A DNA stretch of 64,000 nt from Selaginella moellendorffii (lineage: Eukaryota; Plantae; Lycopodiophyta). Numbering within the stretch: position 1 is the stretch's first letter; each line of letters opens with the position of its first letter. Below, in pieces: positions 22,692-33,880 of the stretch. A program made the position numbers and the translations under genes. Location: contig NW_003314313.1 in the NCBI RefSeq assembly GCF_000143415.4, positions 328,418 to 392,417 of the forward strand. Direction: 5' to 3'. Below the pieces are notes generated by a model. The model saw nothing but the letters and a program-made list of their open reading frames with translations, searched no databases and had not been told where the DNA came from.

Positions 22692-22824
22692 GATGGTTCG
22701 ATGTTTTTCTCTTTTTTGTTTTCCTGATTTGTGAAGAATTACCTTACCTATAGGTAGGTAATGGAAGAAAGTTAAAAAAAAAACCAAATTTTTTCTTCTT
22801 CTAGTGTCTCATCCTTTTGTGGCT

Positions 22825-23396
22825 ATGGCGCTTGCAGCGACAGGAATGGCAGGACTGAGGCTCAAGCTGGATTCATGCGTAAGTGTGCTCGAATTCTGAT
22901 TTGCATTGCTCTCAGCTCTTTGCTGGTGGGTTTTTTCTAGCAGGGATTGAAGAGGACTCAGATCGCAGCACCTTTGCGGCTGAGGGCGCAGCCGCTCAGA
23001 GTTCCATGATGGCCAAGAGGACCATCGAGCTCAAGGAAATCCGGGGGATGTCGGACGAGCTCATCAACGAGACGGTGGTGGATTTGAAGGGCGAGCTCTT
23101 TCTCATGCGCTGCAAGAAGGTAACCCGGCAGGACTACCGTGTCAGCGACTACAAGAACATGAAAAAGAAGGTAAGCTAAGCCTAGAAACAGCTTTGCGGC
23201 TAAGCCCACGCTCTCCTACTTACCGCAGATTGCTCGGATGCTCACCGTGAAACGAGAGCGAGAGATTGAGCGCGGGATAAAACCACGCGAGTCGAGGAAG
23301 CTCAAGGCCAAGTGGAAGAGAAGCATTGTCTACCGGCCGCCACCCTCGCTGGCAGCGATTTTGGACGCACAGAAGACGGAGGAGGACAAAGCGTGA
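22825..23396 (+). CDS. RPL29: Plastid 50S ribosomal protein L29, 3 exons (possible frameshift in the transit peptide)
   Basis: MMAKRTIELKEIRGMSDELINETVVDLKGELFLMR...IARMLTVKREREIERGI..RESRKL...WKRSIVYRPPPSL, intron 23171-23228. Confidence 0.9.
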
Positions 23397-23602
23397 GGCG
23401 GTCCCTCCTTGTCCAGCATTTGTTTGCGTCTGGTAAGTAATTTCGTTCGGAGTGTCCGTGCCTGGGGATACTGTGTGGGTGGTGGAGAGGCATTCCTTGC
23501 GGGGATATATAGCTCTCTCTCCCCTCACACCACCCAGCACACACTCCCTCTTGGTTTCTCTTTTCTTTCTTTCTAAAGAAATTCCAGAGCTTTGAACCAA
23601 CG

Positions 23603-23977
23603 ATGAGCTGCAAGTCGGTGGCAGTGGTGGTGTTTCTGGTTTACATGGTGGCGACGGCGAGCTCCAACTCTCTGTCGAAGGCCGTGAGCTACAAGAGCTG
23701 CACGTCTTGCGGGAATTTGCTCCCCAACCCGGCTAACAGCTGCTGCGTGCAGCTCCTCCTTCTGGGCTCTGCGGTTTGCGACTGCGAAAAGTACATCCCC
23801 AACTACGATATTCAGGCGCTGCGGTCTGCACTCGTCGCTTGCACCGGGCAGGACGTGTGCAAATTTGCTGGCTACCCAGGCACTAGAACTTTTTGTTTCT
23901 TATCTTGTATTTGTTTCTCACTCTTTTGCTTTGCTTTTGCTGCAGCTAGGAAAGATGAAACAAACGCAAAACCTTGA
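23603..23977 (+). CDS. Small secreted 8-cysteine-motif (nsLTP/prolamin-like) protein
   Basis: Signal peptide, pattern C-x2-C-x10-CC-x10-CxC-x18-C-x5-C, TATA-like element at ~23506, and a probable in-frame GC-AG intron at 23880-23945. Confidence 0.7.
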   Translation: MSCKSVAVVVFLVYMVATASSNSLSKAVSYKSCTSCGNLLPNPANSCCVQLLLLGSAVCDCEKYIPNYDIQALRSALVACTGQDVCKFAGYPGTRTFCFLSCICFSLFCFAFAAARKDETNAKP

Positions 23978-24987
23978 GGAAAGCGTGTGCTGGGGACTGA
24001 ATGTTTGCCTGAGTGTTGTGTTGCTCTTGGCATTCTAATAATGTGTTCTAACTAATGTGTTCTGTGTCTGTGTGATGTGATCCAGAATAAAGAAATTTTA
24101 CAATAAAAGTGCTTAAAAATGCTAGGCGTTTTTGTAGGAGCCCAGAAAACTTCCAATGGAAGCATGGAGGCAGATTGTGTCATGCATTGTGAAAGAACTA
24201 GCCCGAGCTGTTCTCGGGTGTCAGGCTGGGGAGCTTGAGTTTCTGTGGTAGGTGATGCAGGTGGTGCTTATGGCAACACATTTGTGGCAACTGGTTCACA
24301 CCTTGCTGCCAATTTTTTTTTCTCAATTGCGTAAGGCACAAGCAATTTGGAGTCAATTCGAAATTCGAAGTCAAAGTAAGTTGAGTGGAGTCACAATCGA
24401 TAACCATTCTAATGTCACTTCACACTGACAACCACTCTAACAACTATGTCACTTCACACTCAGAACCGCCACTAGAGCACATGTGGGGCTTGGACTTTAT
24501 CTTGATGGGTATAGGATAGGCATCAATTACTGCAAAATATTACATGCCCAAGTTTGCCACATTGCGTCAGCCAATTAACATGCCACTCAAGTTTTTGACA
24601 CATCAACAAGATTTAAGGTTTTAGTGTTTCGTGTGATTGGATGGATGCTATGGAGGAAGCTTGGGATGCCCACATAAAAAGATGTGATTGTGTGGATCAA
24701 TTGGTGTAGATTCCATTGGCATTTAAAAATCATAAGCTGGAAAGGAGTGTATCCAATCAAAAGTGTTGCAAAATCTTGAGGCTAGGAAGGAAAAGAAATA
24801 CTGAAAAAAGCGAAATATAGTTGAATGTTAAAGTATAATATTTTTATAGTTTGATATAGTATCATAATATTGTAATTTATATTCAGTAACTATTATTGCT
24901 ACTTGAGCTGCCTGTTGACTTGTCACTCACAACTTTCTTGCTCTAAAAGCCTGCAAATTAGTTCTTAGAATATCTAAGAATCTTCCT

Positions 24988-26526
24988 TCAACCACTTGGC
25001 GTGGTGTCATCTCCAGTGTCATCATCATCGCTATAGTGAAGCCTTACTTTCCGGGCTTCCTTGATTGTCATTCCACAACCTGCCTTGATCCTTACCATTT
25101 CTCGAGAAAATTCCTTGGCCGTCGCAGCAGGCTGGGCTCGAGAAAGTCCAACAATAGTCACCCGCAGAGGCTCCTCACTTCTCACCACCACCGAGCTCGT
25201 GTCAAGATCGCCGTGAACAAGCCCTTGGTGATGGATCATATGCAGGGTTCGAGCAGCTTCTTCTCCATATCGTCCAGCCGATGCAGCGTCGAGAGCATGG
25301 AAATCGCGACGCTGGCCACCATAGCTCAGCACAAGCACAGCAAACATGCCACCACTCATAAACCCGTAGCTCCTCAGCTGTGGTATGGCACGCCCCTGGA
25401 TTCTCCGGAGTTTCTTGTACGCCAAAACCTCCTTGACAAACCTTTCCAGCTCGTCCCTCAAGCAGCTCCGATGGCTCCCGAGGTCCCGGATCTTAAGCAC
25501 CACTTCGTCGCCACCATTGCGCAGCTTGGCATAGAGTATGTCACAGTTGAACTTGTAAAGCCTGCGGCCCAGCTCAAACTCTCGACTCGACCAAAACTCG
25601 AGTTTCTCGTGGACTTGGCCCCCGCTGCTGCTGCCATCTGCCAGTAGCGTCGTGGCTAAATCTTTCACCATGCCCTTCATCGCGTCTTGCATGCCTGTGA
25701 AATCAGTAGTGCGGCCTACGTTCCACACATTTTTCATCGGTGGAGGTTTCGCTTCCTTCCCTTCGGAAAGAGCCATGAGGTACCAGAAGCAAGCCAAGGT
25801 GACGCTCTCGACATCCACCGGTGGTGACAGGGCCAGCACGGTCTCGTCACCATAGCAAAACCAGTACTTTGTCCTCGTCGTCACGAAGCCATAACGCAGG
25901 CCTCCGGACAGAGCCAACATCTCCCTCAGCCGGTTCAATACTGGCCAAAACTGTGATGTCGGTGACGAGACCGAGTCCTCCCGGATACGTGACGGTGGAA
26001 ACGCTGGCAAAGTGTCGAGCTCCACAATACCCACGAGGAGCGCTGGAGCATCATCTTTGTCTCGCCATTCCACGCAGATATCCGGCCAACCCACCACGCT
26101 TTGAGCAGAGAAAGCACTGATGTTCCGTCCCAGGCGATGCAAGCCGTCCTGGAGGTCCATAGCCAAACCCGATGCGTCCGAGATCGGCTCCACGGTGGTG
26201 TCGGGTTTGGAGTAGAAAGAGCCCGTTCTTGGCAGCTGCTGCGAGAAGTCTCGCACCTCGTCCAGGAAGCCATCCCAGGCTCCCAGCGTCCAGGAGGCGA
26301 CATTGTCCGACGCAAAATCCGTGTGGATGCTTTTGGAATTTCCGGGGAAGACACTTTCGTCCTCGTAGGTTGGTGGAGGTATACATACCTGGGCCTGTTC
26401 CGCGGCCGTTAGCTTACGGCTCGAGTCGTCCCTTCCCTTGTCGGTGTGAAACGAGAGCGCAGCCCGGCCTCCATCCCCAAACCTCTTAGGGTTTAAGGTT
26501 TTCTTAATTTGGCTTTGTCTGCCACC
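24988..26526 (-). CDS. Intronless PD-(D/E)xK REase-like domain plus atypical (pseudo)kinase, Crinkler/CR-effector-like; start codon uncertain
   Basis: Frame open from 26526 to 24988. Motifs LGAWDGFLDEV, GWPDIC...IVELD, LRYGFVTT...YWF, then VVLK, KEVLAYKKL..IQG..IP, HGDL and VTIVGLS. First in-frame ATG only at 26160. Confidence 0.7.
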   Translation of the reverse strand, partial: GGRQSQIKKTLNPKRFGDGGRAALSFHTDKGRDDSSRKLTAAEQAQVCIPPPTYEDESVFPGNSKSIHTDFASDNVASWTLGAWDGFLDEVRDFSQQLPRTGSFYSKPDTTVEPISDASGLAMDLQDGLHRLGRNISAFSAQSVVGWPDICVEWRDKDDAPALLVGIVELDTLPAFPPSRIREDSVSSPTSQFWPVLNRLREMLALSGGLRYGFVTTRTKYWFCYGDETVLALSPPVDVESVTLACFWYLMALSEGKEAKPPPMKNVWNVGRTTDFTGMQDAMKGMVKDLATTLLADGSSSGGQVHEKLEFWSSREFELGRRLYKFNCDILYAKLRNGGDEVVLKIRDLGSHRSCLRDELERFVKEVLAYKKLRRIQGRAIPQLRSYGFMSGGMFAVLVLSYGGQRRDFHALDAASAGRYGEEAARTLHMIHHQGLVHGDLDTSSVVVRSEEPLRVTIVGLSRAQPAATAKEFSREMVRIKAGCGMTIKEARKVRLHYSDDDDTGDDTTPSG

Positions 26527-29500
26527 TCAAGTCAGAGTTTGATGTGCATGTTAGCAGGTCAGACCAATTTGAGGTATATGATCAACCTCCTGATGAAGAT
26601 GTATTTAGGAGATAGTATTCCTTCAAGCGAAGCTTCAATTCTTGGAGAACCAAGGGAGATGATATTGATAATTAAATATAAAAGAATTCAAAATATCAAA
26701 TTGATGATAGAAAACAAACATGACAGATTCATAATAAGAATAAGGGATATCAATATTTAGCTATCTTGAGTACATAGAACTAGTACTTGGTTGAGATATT
26801 TCTTAGAGATTAAAAAGAACAACCGTCTAGAAGAAACATTAATGAGGGATTTTCATAAAAAATAGTTTTCCAAACCCTCGGAGCAAGTGAAAGTAGATCA
26901 AAGAAAAATTTAAAAAACATGTTGGGGTCTCTTGCAAAGGAGTGTCATGAAATTTTGAACAACATTGATACACAATTGCAATTAAGGATATTGATAAATA
27001 TTAACAATTTTAAATAATACTGTTAAAAAGTCAACATTTTAAATTATTATTCTTAAATAATTATTTTAATTAATATTAATAAATATCCATATATTTGATT
27101 AAGATTCTTAAATATCAGTTTGCTTCATCATGCAAATATTTTGCTGTGCGTTGCATGCAGCAACACTTTATTTTCTTAATAGTAGTGTTTAGTATTATTT
27201 ATTAATCCAATTAATCAAATAGAATTTTATAATTATAAACATGTTTATAAATTTTAAAGTAAAGATTAATCTAAATGAATATGGTAGAATTTCCCAGAAT
27301 ATCCAAGTATATTCTAGGTATATTCACTACCATTTTGCTTAAGCAAACCAGAAACTTTCTATATACATATTAGATTAATCTAAGTATAATTATTTTATGG
27401 AATAATATTCATTAAAATGAGGTAAAATATCCAATCTGGTGATTTCAGTCCTAAAAAGCATTACCAACATGGAAGTGGAGGAGGTATCTCTCATGAGCAT
27501 GAAAATTGCAAGAGAGCTGGATAATAATGAATAGTTTGAGAAGAAATAGAGTATGCAAGACTTGCCCACACTCAAACATTATAAAAATATTTCAGTATTT
27601 CTTTTGATATTATTTTCTATATATTGAAAGTGTTTGTTATATGGCAGAAAAAATGGGCCATTTAGAAAGCCAGACAAGTGTTTCTATTAGGGCTGCAGTC
27701 AAACAATCAGGAATGCTATCTTCCTACGCTATAGGGAGATGATGGAAGTTGCAGAAAAACTAGCTACAAGACCCCTTTTATCCACTGAACAACCATTAAT
27801 GCACTACAAGGATAGCGCCACAGCGAAGTACGTGGAGTTTCTCATGCTCCCACCACATTTCAATGGCAGCATGCTTGATATGTGGTTGAACTCAAGTCCA
27901 TCAGACTCTTTTAATACGAGTTTACACCAAGAAAATGATCCAGGTAAGCATGTGGATGAGGTGGATTTGCTACACCACCTCACAATTTCAGATCCAAGAC
28001 AAATAACAGAATGGTTACACCACCTTCTAGCCCCTCCTCTGTAGCATGCCAAAACTATGGACATGGCAGGAGATGTAACATGCCTGATTGTGATCCGAGG
28101 TATGACACACACCGTGAACACCATGCTGGAAGTGCCCAGTCTAATGTTGTAGTTCCTCCAGTGGAGAAGGAAATGGGAGAGCAACTTAGGTGCGGTATGT
28201 TAAAGAGATTATGGTATTTTATTTTACTTCCTTCACATGTTAACACTGTCTATTTAAGGGTGTTGAGAAATTCTGTGTGAGTAGAGCATTTTTTGTTATA
28301 TTACAGTCTAGTGCTCTTTGTCTCAACTTCTTATGGATGTTTCGATTTTATAATGTAAAAGAGACTCATCACTCTTTTTTGTACTCTGATCCATTCTATT
28401 CTCATGCATTTACACTGAGATATATAGAAGACTATAGCTGCTAACAAATATAGTAAGTATATAAATCTAGCTAGCTTAATAACTACTATTTAAGACGTAA
28501 TCTTATAAAACTATTGCTTTCAATTTAGAATATGACATCCTACATAGGTCAATTAATTCCAATTTTCCCTCAATTCCTTTTCCAATGTGGATATCACACA
28601 ATACTATAAAGAATTTCATTGTAAGGTGAAAGTGGTTTTATCAATGTCATAAGTTACCTTATGATAGACCTCGTTTTAACAAGCATGGTGGCTAACTTAA
28701 AAAAGTTATATATGCAAAGGCTTAATAAGAAAAATGGAAATGAAAACTTCAAACAAACAAGATAAAAAATTATATTGAGATAGAACTCATGAATTCTTGG
28801 CTAGTCATAAATACATATATTCAATTAGGGCATGTTGTGTGGAAGTCATGGGCTCTTGCATGGTATAACCTGTCTCTTTTTTTTACAAATATAAGACTAT
28901 TGTGCATTTTTTGTTTGTTTAAGCAAACTTATAAAGAGGTAGTGGATATATTTAGAATATGCTTGAATATCTAGGATATGCTACCATCAATGGTTGTTAT
29001 TCATTTAGATTAAGTTTTTATTTATAATTATAAACATGTTTATAATTTATAAAATTTCTTAAACACTTCCTAGGATATTCTTGTTTATTTTACCATTTAA
29101 TGGTTGATATGAAATAAAATTAATCTTGATTTATACATGTTTATAATTATTGATCAATTTGATTATTCAATAATCCAACAGCAAATGTAAAATAAATCTT
29201 TTGGACATTAAAATAATAGCCAAACCCGCACATAGATTTTCTAGAAATTATGTTGTAATGACGTTTTAATTCTAATATTCTCTAGAGAAATATGATAAAC
29301 AGTTAACACCAAATTGGCATATTTCCACCATTTGTTCATAAGTGGCTCTTATTCCATATACTTCATCAATATTTAAGGTCATAATCAATTCAATCATGTA
29401 GTCTTGTGTATCCCGCAGATACCTAGAGCACTGAAAAGATAAATAAAAAGCGTTTGTGTCCAAATGTGAGTTCTTGCAAGTCGTCACAGCTATGCTTGGT

Positions 29501-30545
29501 AGGGAGGAGGCAAGAAGAAGTAGGTGATAATAGTAAGAAGTAGGACATATCAAAAGCTCTACTTTACAAGCGCTTGCAAGCACTTGCCCATGCATGCTTG
29601 TTGTAGCACTTGTGTTTCAGCTTCCGTGCATCTTCAGCTAGCCCAAGCTCCCAATCAATCCCTCACACACCCTAGCACTTGATTGGTTGGAAGAACCTTC
29701 TTATGTGCTTTGGCACTCAATCGATGGTTTGCTCTTGCCCTCAATTTAGCATGGTCTCGACCCTCACTCAATTGTGCTCACATTGGCTCAATCACTAGCA
29801 ATTGATCGCCCTAGCTTACTCGCTCACAGCCTCATACTCCACACAAAACCCTGCAGCACAATGCATTTACTTGTGCGCACACAATCATAAAATCAACACA
29901 TCCCTCTGACTTTGAATTAAAAAAAAAAAAAACATGTAATGATTTTGCCATATACTTGCCATATGGATAATTCATCACCATCAGTGCCCATAATTAAATC
30001 TTTATGTACAATATTTAATAAGTTACTGCACTTGCATGCAGCAAGGCTCCATTTGCTTAATAGTAGTGTTATTCTTATTTATTGATTCAATTGATCAAAT
30101 GAAATTTTATATTATAAACATGCTAATAATTTATAAACACAAGAATAATATTTTTAAATATCAACCATTAGATGGTAGAATAAACTAGAATATACTAGGA
30201 AGTGTTTAGGCACTGCAATTATAGAAAGCTGGACTAGAGCCACCATGAATTTGTATGCACCAAAGTTCCAATAGAAATCTTATGTAAATAATATTTAATT
30301 TTAAATTAGACTCAAGATTGTAATATGTATATTTCAACTCTTATAAGTGGATCTGAAGGCCCTATAACAACATTATGTAGTAATCAAATATGTTATAGTA
30401 GTCAATATGTTTCAACTATGTAATGTGATTGTAATCTTATTGTATATTTTACTACAACTTTTATGTATTGTATTATGAAGTTTAGTATTATAAAAAAATG
30501 GAGTTATTATCATTATAGACTTTTAAAGATGAACACTATTATAAT

Positions 30546-30564
30546 ACACACACACACACACACA
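30546..30564. repeat. (AC)n microsatellite
   Basis: About 9 AC units visible. Confidence 0.9.
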
Positions 30565-30599
30565 TAGATATATATAAACTCAATTAATGTTGAGATTGA

Positions 30600-31050
30600 G
30601 TAAAGCTTTTTTTGCCTATACTCCCGTTTTTGCCCCTACCTGCAAAATAGTGATAAACAAATAGAGACAAAAACATAAAAAAGAGAAGAAAAATAAAAAA
30701 AGAATAGAAGAGAACTCAACCTCAAACCCCAAAGGCATGAGTAAGGATAAATATATATCACTCTCAACTCTATTTTGCACAAACAGTCATAAGTGAGAGA
30801 AAAAATGGTTAATTCAATACAAATACATACAATAATGAGTGGGGGTTGTTTTTCAACACATGTAAGTGTTATTTATATACTATATGATTTTATAATCATT
30901 CTTAACTATTTCAGGTTTATCTATGACGAGCATTGCTTAAGTCAGGTCTTTTATTCTTTAGATGCCTAAGTTTAAGTATAACTTCATTTTGCCTAAACTG
31001 CTCTACCTGGGAAATATATAAGATAAAACATTTACTTTTTCATCACTCCC
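30600..31050. repeat. Dispersed AT-rich repeat, second copy at ~42720-43520
   Basis: Colinear similarity (CCCAAAGG..AGTAAGGATAA, CATACAATAATGAGTGGGG, GATGCCTAAG). Probably the end of an old DNA transposon. Confidence 0.75.
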
Positions 31051-32261
31051 ACATGACAAAGCTACTGCCTGTCTTTATGCAATCAGATTCTCTAAATCCT
31101 ACTCCAGTTTGTTGAGCTTGGTTTTCATAGTAACAAGCTCAACACTTTGGTGTAGATTATCGAGTTCTTAACGCATGATCTGATTCTTTTGGTCATGTAT
31201 AGTGATGTGTTGGTCTTGACAGCTAATACGCTCTATATTGGTGGATATAAAAGTTGGGATTGCGCTCTTGAGCTCTTCGATTATGTGGTGTTGATGATTC
31301 TACTCACCTATGACTCCATCCACTTTCTTGATGATTGTCTTTAGGTAGCTCAAGACTTGCATGCGATACTTTGTAGTTTCTTTATCTTCTATTAGTTGTA
31401 TCGGCTCGTCAACTAATTGATTGCCTCCCTTGATATGTTGAGTGAGCTCCTTTATAAAACTTTTGAATTTTCGACTTGTGAGTCTTATTCGAGTCTTATA
31501 GACTTTTGCAATATGCATAGGAGACTTAAACTCGGGACAAATCTACTTTAAAACTGTATCTGAGTAATTGTCCAAGCTAAAAGACTTTGGATTAAAGCCT
31601 TGAGATAACACAATGTTCCAATTATGATTTTGCCTTTGTCAAATCCTCATAAGATTTAGGTGAATAATTCCTTAATTTGTTCTTTACTAAAGTTGGTTTT
31701 AACTCTCTTTAAGCTAGAGTCAAAGACAAGAGTTACAAATGCCCAATTTTTCTGCTTGTGTATGCCTAAAAAAATTGTGACACACTACTAAAAAATGTGT
31801 CTTTTAAAAGCCCAAGTGAGAACTTGCTCAAAAGGAAAAAATTCTCAAATAGTTGATGGTGTTTTCCACATCAAACAAACTCCATTCCTTCTTTTTTTGG
31901 ATTTTTCTCAAGAAATTGCTAACGAAACAATTTAAACTTGAGTTTCTTGACAATATATGCCATACTTCAATCTCAAACTTATCCCATGCTCTGTGGCTTT
32001 AGTGACGGTTGAGAACTATCTTTCTTGCATTGTCTGGGCATTAAGCCACTACAATCACAAAAAGAACTCTTTCATTCAGTATTGTTTAGGGTTGGAATCA
32101 CTAAGGACATCTACTTGTGATTCTTAGTGTTGGGCACATTTGGAATTCACAAGTGATTTTCTCCTAGCTGTTTTTCAAGCCAAAAAGTGACAACTTATCC
32201 CACCGTGGTTGTCAAAAGTGAGTAAAGTTTTGTTTGCTTGTACTTGCATTTTTGCCCCTGC

Positions 32262-33295
32262 TATAAGAGATTAAAATTTTTATTCTACTTTAGTCACTTA
32301 ACCACACATCTGACCACTTAGAGGAGTCTCATTTAGAACCTCCATAAGTTTTATTTTGGTGTTAGCCTCGAGAATGGCATCCATGCCACTCAACCTTTGC
32401 ACTTGGTCTAAGTGCTCCATATGTCTGATTCCATGACCGACACCCAAATGTACCACCAACATATCAATTTATTATGCTAAGGCCATGCTCATTCACCTTT
32501 GTTATACTGGTGATCCAACACCACTTACATCACAATCCCATTTCTCAAAGACTGAGCTATTTATCCATGAGTGATCATTCTAGATCCATTCCTTAGCATA
32601 TTTAAGATGCCCATAAACATGGGGAATAGTCTTCCCCAATATCCCTTTTTTGGTCCCCACCAAATCCCTTTTTGTTCATAGCTATGTTTGCCAACACTAT
32701 TACTAGGTCAAGGCCCCCAAGCCCAACCATTAAGTCCCATTGTCCTTTGGGACTTCTTTACCATATGACCGTATTTTTAATCACTACACTAAAGAACTAT
32801 TCTTCTTCCTTTTCACAATTTAGGATTTTGGGATGAACATTGTAGCCCTACTCAAGCTTCATGAGTAATCTTCCCACCTTTTGCCTTTGGGTGCCCTAGC
32901 CATGGGGCTAGAGCAAGGTTCCGTTAAGCCACACTAAGTATCCAAGTAAGTAGTATCACCCACACTTGAATTGAGAGCATTGATCATTCGATCTCTTGGG
33001 GGAGCTATAGTTAGTGCTTGAACACTTCACTAAGCTACCCCTCAATGGTTATATCATCACCTAACAAATAAGTATAATTTTCCTTAGTCACATTGGTCTT
33101 TCCTAGCCAAACTAGTACTATTGGAGTCTTCCCCCTACTATACTTTTAGAGCTCCCAAATCCCCCAGGGTTTGGGAGTTGATCGCTTTGGGCTTTCACCC
33201 TCGGACTTGGACTTGGTCTCAGACTCGGTCTCGGTCTCAGTCTTGATCTCGGTCTCTATCTCAACTTGACCTCGGACTCCATCTTGAGCTCCATC
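32262..33295 (-). mobile_element. Decayed LTR of the 55582-63053 family, left part (host of the nest)
   Basis: Colinear with 55582-~56770 with many C>T and G>A changes. Resumes at 42199. Confidence 0.88.
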
Positions 33296-33880
33296 TGACA
33301 CAAACCATAGGAATATTCCAAGAATATTCTATGGCCTCTGGGATTTAAGGCCGTAACGCCTTAAGGGTTGGGAGGTTGGCCTAGGGTTCACTCTTGTCAG
33401 GAATCCCCCAATTCTTGCCACATTCCTGACTCTCGCCGGATTCCTGACCTGCAGACCACATTCCTGACTCTCGAGACACTTCCCTATTCCTGACTCTCGA
33501 GACACTTCCCTATTCCTGACTCTCGAGACACTTCCCGATTCCTGAGTCTCGAGCCATATTCCTGATGATGATGTGGCGCCTCCTCGACCTCAGCTATATT
33601 TAGGCCGTCCTCGATCCAAGAGTGGTGGAGCTTCATCAACCTATAGTATATATAGGTTAGCCTTGTTCCATTTCTCCACAATCTGAATCAACGCCAGTCT
33701 AAGGCCTCTTCTTTGTTTCCACTAGTTTTTTCTCTTTGTCTTTTCGCATTTTCCAGTCTTGATCTTGTCGGGGGTCTTGACAGTTTGATTCAGATTGTGT
33801 TTTTTCGTTTTTTGATTTAGCTCGTTTTGATTGTTTGATTACCTTTGCCTTTTTTCCCCCTTTTTTCTTTCTTCTTGCCA

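Noticed and set aside
33420-33560. Short regularly spaced repeats (ATTCCTGACTCTCGAGACACTTCCC) that could suggest a CRISPR array
   Set aside because: These are head-to-tail ~24-bp repeats without unique spacers, inside a plant LTR, with no cas genes.
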